In this document: piece by piece, positions 53,148-63,558 of the stretch
How the letters are laid out: each line of letters starts with the position of its first letter
Numbering within the stretch: the stretch's first letter is position 1
Assembly: GCA_002104905.1 (NCBI GenBank)
Contig: MCFE01000175.1
Span: 78,765-142,764 of the forward strand
Source of the DNA: Basidiobolus meristosporus CBS 931.73
Lineage: Eukaryota; Fungi; Basidiobolomycota
Length of the DNA stretch: 64,000 bases
Direction of reading: 5' to 3'
Position numbers and translations under genes: made by a program
The notes under the pieces: generated by a model
Databases searched by the model: none
The model's input: the letters and a program-made list of their open reading frames with translations, nothing else
What the model was told of the DNA's origin: nothing

Positions 53148-53167
53148 TTAGGGTTAGGGCTAGGGTT
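53148..53167 (+). repeat. Interstitial telomere-like tract TTAGGG TTAGGG CTAGGG TT
   Basis: Directly visible, about 280 bp upstream of the RPL32 start codon. Confidence 0.8.
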
Positions 53168-54381
53168 GATGTGGCGAGCATTTGTTTACCGTCCAGCCCG
53201 TGAGCAAAGTTTTTAGCTGCTTCTGGGCGAAATATGGGGTTGTTGCCTAGTGAATTCGATGGTTGGTGCTTGTGCGGGTTTTCAATACTGGTGGTAGAGA
53301 CAAATGATCTCAAAGGTGAGGTGTCAACGCAGTAGGTCGATATGTTGTCTCCGTGAATCCCTTAATATCTTGATCACGAATCTGTGCAAGCACCATTTCG
53401 GTTGCTAGTGTTTACTAGCCAGCTTTGCACAATAATGGCTGATGGTTTAGCGCGGTACTGCCGACATACTTTAACCCTCTGCTCACCAATCCATTGGAAT
53501 CTTCCTGTGACAAACCCCCATGTTTCTTATTTACTCCAACCAACATTACGTCAGTAGTTCGAAATATACCCTGCTGGGATTTTTTGGAGGGCATCATCCA
53601 TATCAATTGGGAGCAATCCAATTTGTATCGAGCTTTAGGCTTTCAAAAAATCATGGTGAGGGACAAAACGCTATCTTGATGCTATTCGCAACGCCTAGGT
53701 CTTCGAAGATCATGGCCATGCGCAAATTATGGATCCTAATCACTAGTGTTTGTACGGGTTGTGAGCTGTGCACATCTTCGGATGATAGTGGTGGGATGTT
53801 TATGAGCGCGTAGTGAACAGGTGGGGAGATCAGCAAAAAATCCATCAGAGTCAAGTGTGGAAATTTTTGGGATGGGTTTGTGAAGATGCTGAACAACCAG
53901 ATATCTGACCTCATCAAAATCGAACAGTAGCCTTATCACGTAGTCCATACACATACTAGCCAATTGTGCATGGTAATAGCATGGTACAGATCGATGAACG
54001 CTAACCTACCAGTTAAATTGGAATTTCTATTACGAAGTGATCTCCGCATATTATTTGGGTACTGAAGGATCAGAGAACTCATTTCCACATATACTATCCA
54101 TCATAGTATAGTTGCTGGCATCATTTCTCTAGGTTTTCAGATCAAAGCAGCATCTTCGTTATTTGCGTTGAGCAATCACTAAGCCAGGGAGTATAATGTA
54201 TGCCGGATTTGTTTTGCACAACATTGGCTAGACTAAACATGCCAGATTGTACCAGGTGGTTACATACGCTTCTCACAGCTCACTAGGATCTTCTGGGCAC
54301 CTAACTGATACAGGCACACAATTCCACTACAAGTGCAGATGCTATGTTACTGTTGCAAATAGTGCGTATAGGACCTAATCA

Positions 54382-54685
54382 TGTTATGAGACTTTTGGAG
54401 GGATCGGAAGTGATTGGGAGAGCTAGTAAAATAAGCGGTTTTCACTTGATGATTTATTGAGTGTAAAAAAGGTATTTATAATTTTACGAGATCCCAAGAA
54501 CATGTGTGCAAAGTTTGGGGGGGGGTTGGGCAGCTTCGAGAATTTGCATTTTCTGGGCGCCTGACGCTTTGGTGAAAATAAGTAAATGATGACTGAATTT
54601 AGACAGGAAATTGCAAGTCAACAAGCTATGATTTAAGTGGCAGAGTTGATGTGGATATTTGGGCGTAATTACGAAATTTCCAACA
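54382..54685 (-). mobile_element. Old Copia solo LTR inside the gene island
   Basis: TGTTATGAGAC..GAACATGTGTGCAAAGTTTGGGG..TTCCAACA is homologous to 60763-61111; flanks are AATCA / AATTG. Confidence 0.8.
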
Positions 54686-55394
54686 AATTGTTCATGTACT
54701 TAGATATGATGCTGTCTTTATAGCGAACACATATTAACTTAGAGTTGACTTTGGTATTCACTGATTGTCGGAAATACTGGGAATACCGGAAGTTGCCAAT
54801 TTTATCCGACGCATCTGAAGATTCCAAACTCTGCGCACTACTCTGTAGGGCCTTTTCAGAACATTCTTGTCGTTGAATTTGCAAAGCTCACACGGGAGGA
54901 TGAATTCGTCTCAGTAAATCCGCAAGGAAAGAACCATACTTTCTTCGCAATGCTTCAAATCACTGCCATGTTCCACTGTCACCTCCTATATACTACCGAT
55001 TCTCTATACTTCAAGTAACCCTCTTCTCACACGTACCGCTAACATGATCCAGAAATTTGAGGATATGTATGCACCCCGAGTAAGTTGGTCAAGGCATGGT
55101 GTCCAACCTGGACATATATGGGCACGTTGCTCACAGGGAAATTGCCCAGTGATTCCATTGGTAGGGATTTCATTCTACTAGGCTCAGTGGCATGGCACTA
55201 GCATGAAAGTATATGCGGGTGCTGACGTCATGGGGGATGGGTGCGAATCACGCGAGCCACCGATAACTATATCATGAATTTCCACGTGCTGTGGCAACCC
55301 TCCACATGGACCGAATTTCTTTACAGAGGCAGTGGAATTTGACGCTTAACCGGAATGGGTTATCTGCTAAAACAAGAAGGTCCGTTTTGGTGGC

Positions 55395-56645
55395 ATGAAA
55401 GTTTACGCTGAGCATGTAAAGGGTGCATGGGCGGTTGGGATGGAACTTTCCGGGTTACTTTGGGTGGGTGGTACACTATATAGTAAAGCAGTCTGGCGTG
55501 AACGTTGTAGCCATCGCTTATCTTGAGTCCAAGAGTCCCCCATGAAAACCTCGATAATTACCCTCCTGTTGGTGAGAGTTCTGGAAAGATACGCGCTGGA
55601 GAGAATCCAAAATGTCCCAAGAAGTTTCAGTATAGGCAGACTGTTTATTGCGTACTTCAACACCTTTGCCATGCCTATGATTGCTGTTAGAGGCATCCTC
55701 ACCCAATGGGTGGAGATTCGCTTGACGAAAGACAACCAAAGCCACCTGGAGTCTGCACTCAGGTCGACCTACGATGGAACTGCGTTCTGGGTGAATGCCT
55801 GTCCGAAAACCAGGTCAGCCCAAGTAATTCGTAGGGAAGAGCTCCACCTTGATGCGACCTCCTGGAAGAAAACCGTTCTCGATTATTTCCAACGGCCTAC
55901 GATCTGTCTCCCATCCCATTGCGAGGTCTTAACCAAGATCCATAAAGAGGATATACCACTTCTGCTGAAATACAAGATCCGCGTCTCTCAGGATTACATC
56001 ACGAAGGATCGCTCCATCACCACCAAGATGTGCTTCATCGTTATTGCTCTCTACTGGGCATACATCTTCGGCAAGTACGCCTATTGTCTTTGGATGTTCC
56101 GCCACATCCCGAAAAGTTACCAAGCGTTCTACATGTTCCCCCCAAGCATGTTGATCCCATTCCTGTACACCTCGGGTAAATGCGAGGGTCCAGTGTTTGT
56201 CTCCGTGGAATCGGACGGCCATTCCCTGCGAAAGGACTTTATGCTATTCGGTGCGACGAACCTTGTCAGTGAGGATGTCTACGTTGAAAAGATCTCGGAG
56301 GCCAAGGACGCTGTTCGCGAGAAGATACTGAAGCGGCATTGGGTTGAGCAAGTCTTAGGATCCGTGCTCTATCTGTTTTTGCAGTTCGGAATAACTTATG
56401 GAATGAGCAAATTGGTCCGCATTGGGGCGGAAGGGGTCCATCCAGCTAAGGCTCCCTCCTCACGGATGGTCGCAGTGTTTCTGGCAGTTAATCTGGAGGC
56501 CTTGATACACAGCGTTTTCTGCATAGTCAATCTCGGATGGGTCTTCGTTTCTAATTGGCTTCCCTCGATGCTACTTTCTCTTATCAGCGCAATCTTGGTC
56601 GGCATTTTCCTCCTAACCGAGTTAGTTTTTGTACCGTACGTGTAG
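55395..56645 (+). CDS. Orphan multi-pass membrane protein (367 aa from ATG 55542; in-frame upstream ATG 55395 separated by one TGA at 55524-55526)
   Basis: Long intronless ORF in CpG-normal DNA with several hydrophobic stretches (FIVIALYWAYIF, VLGSVLYLFLQFGI, MLLSLISAILVGIFLL). Family not recognised. Confidence 0.65.
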
Positions 56646-57750
56646 TTGCGGATTTGCGCCTTTTTGAGAGATGTAGATTCCAAGCATGTAACACCAGACG
56701 GCTATCCCCTGTCTAGTGGCTGCTTCGCGTGTCCAATTTTGTCTGATAAAAATAAACCGGGATTCGCTACCTTGCTCTTCGACTGACCAGGCCCTCTCCC
56801 TTGGTGAGGATGTACTATGAAGGTGGTTCGGTCTGGGGTAGGATCTGCCGCCGAAAACACCGCGCAGCTGCGCCAAGGAATACTAGGAATGAGGCTAGAG
56901 GAGGCTGTGAAAGACAACACAAATGATTGATGCAGAAACAACTGAGCCATACTGCTTCCCATATCAAGTATATGGCAAACCGTCCATTTAGGCTTGTTGC
57001 TATCGGGGCACGCACTGCGGATGAGTAAGACACGGTGGGAAAGGCTGAGCGTATGGAAACTGCAGCGTGGTGGAGCTCTGATCCAATTACCACGACAACG
57101 AAGCCAAGCACAACTGCAGAGTACATAGATACTTTGCTTCCGTTCATACATCCCAAGCAACCACAAGGCGGACCCCGGGTATGCAATTTGGGCTCGTGAA
57201 TGGATATGAATGAGCGTCCAACACGTATCCGAGGGGAAATATCCTTAAGGCTGATTGTACAGTGCACATTATATACCCGCCACCGATCAAGTTCATCATT
57301 CTAGGCGACCTGGGGTATTTGTGGACAGAGCATCAGGCCAGCACCATGCGTCTTTGCAGTAAAGTTGTCGATCAGTGGGAGATGGGGCAACCAGGCCTCG
57401 TACAGGGTATTCTTTGAACCAGAAAAGCTGAGATAGATGTCACAGCCTGGCTATCATAGAGCACTTCCTACAAATCATGCACCGAGCGGGATGCACGGTA
57501 TTCTTTGCATGCATCATGTATACCCAGCCTGCTACATTGGTGGGAAGCTTATGAGATAGCCCCACTCAGATTTATAACAGTAATCATTCATTCCTATATC
57601 TATAAAACAACGATGGTAGGTTGTTGTAACTTCAGGTTGAAGTTGAGTTTTGTTTACTCGAAATACGGCTCCTAGAGCACACTAATCATATGGACTACGC
57701 TAACAAGCAATCGCTGGTGTTTTACCGACCAGCTTGTCCATCCTAACCCT

Positions 57751-58287
57751 TCAATCCTTTCTGTGGGCAGAGCATATATGCCATGCCGGTTGGAGAGTGG
57801 CGTAGTCCTTTATCCCCAGCACCTTCAGCGCCATGCGAGCAGTCTTGATATGGGGATTGGCCAATTTCTCCACATCTTTCATCATGTTCCTTTGGAACAT
57901 AACGCCCTCTGGGAGCTCACAAGCCAAGGAGAACTGTGCAAAATACAGGTATGGAAGGACCTTCCAGCCGTCGTAATTGGCATCGCCAAGCTTATCAAAT
58001 CGGAACTTGAACTCGCCTGGGATTGAAATGCCATACATGGATAATTCATCTTCCTCCTCAGGGCGATCACGTTTCCCAAGGACGGTTTTTCTGTTAACGT
58101 CCGAGGAGCCAGCGAGATTCACATCCTCCTTCATCAGCCTCTGGCACTCTGGGCTTGACCTCCAGAAGTCCATTAAAGCTGTCGGTTCTGGATAGTCGCC
58201 GCAACATTCCAGCCTTGTAAGGTGCTTTGCGTACTTGGTGAGATCAAATCCATAATAGAATATAGCGTAGCCTACGTGCATTCCCAT
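57751..58287 (-). CDS. Orphan 178-aa protein
   Basis: ATG-initiated intronless ORF with globular composition and a basic/acidic patch (GKRDRPEEEDE); no family recognised. Confidence 0.55.
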   Translation of the reverse strand: MGMHVGYAIFYYGFDLTKYAKHLTRLECCGDYPEPTALMDFWRSSPECQRLMKEDVNLAGSSDVNRKTVLGKRDRPEEEDELSMYGISIPGEFKFRFDKLGDANYDGWKVLPYLYFAQFSLACELPEGVMFQRNMMKDVEKLANPHIKTARMALKVLGIKDYATLQPAWHICSAHRKD

Positions 58288-59626
58288 TGTTCAAATTAGT
58301 CTTGGGAGGGGTGTCACTCATACGTTGCTTATGTACTCAACCGCTCAACACCCATATTTATGGGATTATGGAAAACTATTCCTGCGTGCCCCAGTTTCAG
58401 TACACCGTCATGTTCGCTCTCACAAGAGGCTGCGGCAGATCTGTCCCTACTGAGGCAGTCAACATCACGGAGCCGCCCGATTGGCTTACTATACTGTTCT
58501 CCACGGCTTTTGACCCATTCAAATCTTACCGTAATTAACTGTCCCACCCAAGACGGTCACCTCAGGCCTCATATGGGTGCTAATTTGTCATTTTGCTGTA
58601 CGGCAGGTATTCACACCACCTAGATGACAGGGATATCTATCATATGCTCTGACACGGAGACCTTCTGCTTCAGTGGGATATTATATCACTTTGAGAAATA
58701 CTCATTATCAGTGTGGCATTATGCTACAATGCAATCGAGGCAGAGCCATATCATACAATACTGGCTATTGCTTTGAGTGTGTTGTGGGTTACATGTTTAC
58801 TTCAAAGTATTTCTGTTGATTAAACACCCCCAAAGTAACTTAGGTGAAGATGGGGTAATAGGGATAGCAATCATCAATAGGTGAGATCCTATCCCAAACA
58901 CTTAAAGTATAGTGATCAAGTACTCTAAGGTCAGCTCTTTGCAAGTGAATTAACACAATGGCTATTTCAAGAAAGCCTCCAAGAAGGGCTGCAAAGTTCA
59001 GAAGGAGTCAAAGCAAAGGTAAGCGGCATTAGGGGAATACCTTGCAGAAGTAGTAGCTTGTCAACAACTGCCAGCAAGTGGGACAAGTGAGGTCTAGAAA
59101 CAAAAAAGTTGGAGAACAGCAACTGAATTGCCTCCTCCAGAAGTGGTGATAAAGGTGAGGCTGAAAGGTAGTAATTTGGAGCCATGGCATACATGCAATA
59201 AGTAGCAAACCTGTCAACCTTAATGTTGTTCTATGCTGATAATCAAGGTGGAGCAGGACTAAGCTTCAGCATTGAGAATACACAGTGCATTAGAGTCACA
59301 AACCATTAAGTGTGGATTTGTTGGTGGAGTAATGACCATTGGCTTGTGTAGTGCTTGTCTGGCCAATTGAAATCTACTTAAGAGTGAGCATTGCAGCCAA
59401 TGTCATCATGTTGAAATGAAGATTCAAGGTTGGTAGCCCACTGTACTAGACAGAGCTGCCCATAGCTAAGCTGCAGTGGCCTACAAAAAATACCCTTCAC
59501 AATCTTACAAAAGGCCATCACAAAGCTGAGAACCCATGACTAGGAAGCATTGATGCCATAAGGTAATTGTTTAAGAATCACCCAAATCAAATTACACCCT
59601 TAAGGTACAAGAGAGCATGCTAAAAG

Positions 59627-60189
59627 TGTTTTAAGAGTCTTGGAGATATTAGAAGTTATTGGGAGAGCAAGTCAATTATGCAGTTTCACTTAATGATTTA
59701 TTTGATGTTAAAGCAATATTTATACTATTACATGGTCCTGGCAAAATAAGCATGTAGGATATATTTAGGAAGATCCAAACTGTTGCAATATTTTGAGAAG
59801 TATGGGTAATGATGTGGAGAACTAAAGGATTTACAAATTATTCATTTGTTGATGAGTTGATCAAAAGTATGGTACTTGTACTTCTGATAAAGTAGAGTTA
59901 GCAAACAAATAGAGTTTTTAAGGAAGGTCTCAAGTATATGTGTGCAATGTTTGAGGGCTTTTGGACAACTTTGAGAAAGATCATAATCTGGGAATCTGAT
60001 AATTTGGTGACAATCTTCCAAGTAAATCCCAACTAGTAATTAGGGTGAGACAGAATACTAATCAAAGAGTAAGATCTATGTGACTAATTTAGCATTAGTA
60101 TTTAGGGGACAACTTAATAATTACAACACCAACAACATGTGTGCAAGGTTTGGGGCTGTTTGGACAATTTAGAGAATATTCATGTTCTG
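59627..60189 (-). mobile_element. Decayed Copia LTR remnants
   Basis: AAGAGTCTTGGAGATATT..ATTACAACA, plus a second piece ACATGTGTGCAAGGTTTGGGGCTG..CATGTTCTG cut at 60189. Confidence 0.8.
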
Positions 60190-60621
60190 AGGGGGGGGGA
60201 GACAGTCACCAACAGGTGAAATCTTTATTTCAGTTGAAACAAAGAAGCCAGCGCTACTGTTGTAGCTTTGATACAAGAGTGTGTAGCTGAGGGGAATCTG
60301 TAGATAAGTTAATAAGAAGTGATGATAGTCCTTCAGTGCTCAAGACACTGTTCAGTGGGATGGGGGGTAGCAAGAGGGGTAAGAATGATTTGTGAGCAAC
60401 ATTAATGAGGGGAATATGATCAGGATTCATGTTCATCCTAAAGTGAGTGTGCTGCTTCACATATTGCTGCCAAAGGTCTGTCAAGTACTTCAGGTAGGCC
60501 AGCTTGGGTTTTTCTGACTGCATAATATAGTGAGCAAACTTCTTGACTTCAGGATCTCCAAGTATAGTTCTCCAGTAGGATCCAGGTGTAGTGTGGTGTG
60601 TTCTCTTCCAGGCCTTGATCA
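60190..60621 (-). mobile_element. 3' fragment of a second telomere-type retroelement family (ORF C-terminus, 3' UTR, C-rich tail)
   Basis: Open frame 60621-60254; 3' UTR shares GCTGGCTTCTTT and AAATAAAGATTTCACCT..TGGTGACT with 62330-62410; ends in C9 (plus-strand G9 at 60191-60199). Confidence 0.7.
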
Positions 60622-60762
60622 TGTTGTAAAATCTTGTAATCCCACCTAAATATTCACCTAACTTAGCCACTTAGATCATTACCTTCAAATCCTAGAGAAT
60701 ACTGACCAAATTCCTTGTCGGGATTTACTTAGAATATTTTCACCAAGATACTGGGTACCCAG
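60622..60762 (+). mobile_element. Copia LTR 5' fragment in opposite orientation
   Basis: TGTTGTAAAATCTTGTAATCCCACCTAAATATTCACC.. is cut by the LTR at 60763; it supplies the spurious N-terminus of track ORF 60254-60670. Confidence 0.85.
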
Positions 60763-62311
60763 TGTTGTAAGAGTCTTGGAGATATTGGAAGTAATTTGGA
60801 GAACAAGTAGATTATGTGGTTTTCACTTAATGATTTATTGAATGTAAAAGTGGTATTTATACTTTTACCTGGTCTTGGCATTACAAACATGTAGAATAGG
60901 TTAAGAAAGGTCCCAAGAACATGTGTGCAAAGTTTGGGGCTGTTTGGACAACTTTGAGAATTTTCATGTTCTGGGTACCTGGTATTTTGGTGAAAATATT
61001 CTAAGTAAATCCCAACAAGGAATTTGGTCAGTATTCTCTAGGATTTGAAGGTGATGATCTAAGTGACTAGGTTAGGTGAGTATTTAGGTGGAAATACAAA
61101 ATTTTACAACACTCCCACTCAGCTAAATGTTCATACTGACTAGTCCTAATTTTGACCTAAGATATTCAAACTTGTCTCTAGCTAATGGTTTGGTAAATAT
61201 GTCTGCAATCATTTCATCTGTAGAACAGTAAACTAAGCTAGCTAAGTTATTCTCTATAGCTTCACGTATGAAATGATGTCTAATATCTATGTGCTTGGTT
61301 CTAGCATGAAAAGTTGGATTTCTACCTAGTTGTATACATCCTTGATTATCTTGAAATAAAGTAATAGGCGTTTTTTTGACATAGGCCTAAATCTGCAAAG
61401 AGCTTTCTTAACCACATTGCTTCTTTTGTAGCTTCACAGGCTGCCATATACTCTGTCTCTGTAGTAGAAAGTGCTACGGTTGGTTGCTTTCTTGAATTCC
61501 ATGAAATGGCTCCTTTACAGTAAAGAAAGGTGTATCCTGTGGTGGATCTTCTGTCTTCTATATTTCGTCCCCAATCAGCATCAGAGTATCCCACAAGATC
61601 CTGTTCTGAATCCTTATAAGTGTATCTTAAGCAGATATCAGCAGTTCCTTTTAGGTATCTAAAAATCCGCTTAACTGCTGCAATATGATCAGATCCATAA
61701 TTCTGATTATGTTGGCTGACAACTCCCACTGAATATGAGATACCTGGATGTGTTCCAAGCATAATATACATCAGTCTGCTGACCCTAGATTGATAAGGAA
61801 AGTCAGGGCTTTCAGATGGCACCAAGCTCTCTTGATTTGGTTGAGTTTTGACAAAGTTAAGGTTTGTCTCCATTGGGGTAGCTGCCGGTTTACAGTCTTC
61901 CATTTGGTACTTCTTTAGTATATCTTGAATATACTTGGATTGGCTTAGGGTGATAGTCTGGGTACTTCTGTCTATGGAGAACTTAATCCCTAAGTAGTAA
62001 CTGAGTTCTCCTAGATCGGACATCTTAAACTCCTTAGATAGGCTGGATTTAGTCTCTTCCAATGTTTCTAGGTTATTGGCGGCTATAATAAGATCATCCA
62101 CATATAGAGCTAATAGAACTGGATTTGCTCTATCTGGCTTATAGTATATACTATAGTCAGCATTACTCCTTTTGAAACTCAAAGATTCCAAATATGAATC
62201 TATCTTGCAATTCCAGGCTCTTGGTGATTGTTTGAGACCATATAGTGACTTTTTAAGCTTGCAGACCAAATGGGGGTTATCTTGGTCAACAAACCCATCA
62301 GGCTGGTCCAC
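60763..62311 (-). mobile_element. Young Copia 3' half (RT-RNase H, PPT, 349-bp LTR 60763-61111), cut inside RT at 62311
   Basis: Open 321-codon frame: QPDGF..VCKLKKSLYGLKQSPRAW..LYVDDL..GYSDADWG..ISWNSRKQPTVALSTTETEY; LTR TGTTGTAA..TTACAACA. Confidence 0.95.
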
Positions 62312-62329
62312 TTAGGGTTAGGGTTAGGG
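62312..62329 (+). repeat. Buried telomere tract (TTAGGG)3
   Basis: Perfect repeats fused directly to the broken Copia RT. Confidence 0.93.
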
Positions 62330-62452
62330 GAGGGAAAGTCACCAAGGTAGGTGAAATCTTTATTTGATTACAGACAAGTCTAACTACAAATAAAGAAGCC
62401 AGCTGGGAATAGAAGATTCCCAAAGTAAACACTAAGTTGAATATGAATAAAT

Positions 62453-63181
62453 CTAAGCTAAAGTTAAGGCAGTATCCCAGAGTACACTGGAGTTCAGGTT
62501 CATGGGGGAGTGAAGTAGATAAGCTTGAGAGATATAATAATCTTTAAGGAAGTGGGTAACAGCAGGTGAAGGGGAGTTTTTGATAAGTGAAGTGAATCTT
62601 GAGAGCAGAGATTCCTCTAATGAGAAGGTCTTGTAAACTGGAGAATCAGGAAACTCTTTAAAGGCATGGTTAGTAGGTTCCCAGTAAAACTGGTCAGAGA
62701 CATTTTGAGAGAATTGTGTAGCAATACTTTTGTCAAGTACTACCTCCAGAGTGTGATTGTTGATAAATCTCATGTTAACAATCTTGGATAAATTATAACC
62801 TCGTTGCTTGAGATACATCCTATGCTCAGATATAGGAATAAACTCCACATTGGCAAAGTAGCAGACAGCCCAGTCAGTAGCAGGAGGCAAATCAGAAGTA
62901 GCAGGAAACTTTCTTTTAGTCTTGGGAGGAGCAGCAGGATGTCTTGAGGAAGCAGGTACAGGCTTTTTGACAGCTTCAGAGTAGGAAGAGTGAGCAGGAG
63001 CAGATGATTCTTGGGGAGTCTTGTTGACAGGAACAGCTGGCAGAGAGACAATAGATTCTTGCAGATCAGAGAAGGCAGAAAACAGCTTTTGAACTTGTTT
63101 CTTGAGTAAAGCATTTTCAGCTTCAACAAGTGCAAGCCTTTCCTCAAGGAAGGAAATCTGAAGGGAATGGAGTGAAGGCAT
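62453..63181 (-). CDS. 242-aa ORF1/Gag-like protein (coiled coil, Pro/Ser/basic linker, alpha/beta domain)
   Basis: First ATG at 63181; heptad pattern LEERLALVEAENALLKKQVQKLFSAFSDLQESI; PPKTKRK; AVCYFANV..ISEHRMYLKQRGYNLSKIVNMRFINNHTLEVVL. No RT or endonuclease motifs. Confidence 0.75.
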   Translation of the reverse strand: MPSLHSLQISFLEERLALVEAENALLKKQVQKLFSAFSDLQESIVSLPAVPVNKTPQESSAPAHSSYSEAVKKPVPASSRHPAAPPKTKRKFPATSDLPPATDWAVCYFANVEFIPISEHRMYLKQRGYNLSKIVNMRFINNHTLEVVLDKSIATQFSQNVSDQFYWEPTNHAFKEFPDSPVYKTFSLEESLLSRFTSLIKNSPSPAVTHFLKDYYISQAYLLHSPMNLNSSVLWDTALTLA

Positions 63182-63221
63182 AAGAAATAAGAAGAAGAGG
63201 GTGAGATGGGGTGGGTGGGAG

Positions 63222-63558
63222 GGAAAATTAGCAGGGAGAAGAGAAGGAAGGAGCAAAAATTCCAGAAGTCAGAATTTATAGATGGATGGACAAGGGTAGA
63301 TGGATGGATTATTCCTGGGTTAGGAAAATTAGCAGGGAGAAGAGAAGGAAGGAGCAAAAATTCCAGAAGTCAGAATTTATAGATGGATGGACAAGGGTAG
63401 ATGGATGGATTATTCCTGGGTTAGGAAAATTAGCAGGGAGAAGAGAAGGAAGGAGCAAAAATTCCAGAAGTCAGAATTTATAGATGGATGGACAAGGGTA
63501 GATGGATGGATTATTCCTGGGTTAGGAAAATTAGCAGGGAGAAGAGAAGGAAGGAGCA
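63222..63558. repeat. 101-bp tandem repeat, 3.3 copies, each full unit ending in GGGTTAG
   Basis: Units start at 63222, 63323, 63424 and 63525; they appear identical by eye. Confidence 0.95.

Noticed and set aside
58620-59626. CpG-free stretch with short ORFs (58967-59194)
   Set aside because: Probably a decayed repeat, but I recognise no motif or second copy, so no call is made.
60622-60670. N-terminus MAKLGEYLGGITRFYN of track ORF 60254-60670
   Set aside because: Derived from an inserted Copia LTR fragment; a chance in-frame fusion.
61346-62311. Adjacent Copia RT as the telomeric element's own RT
   Set aside because: It is an LTR-type RT with its own PPT and LTR, truncated and separated by a telomere tract; the adjacency reflects a break.
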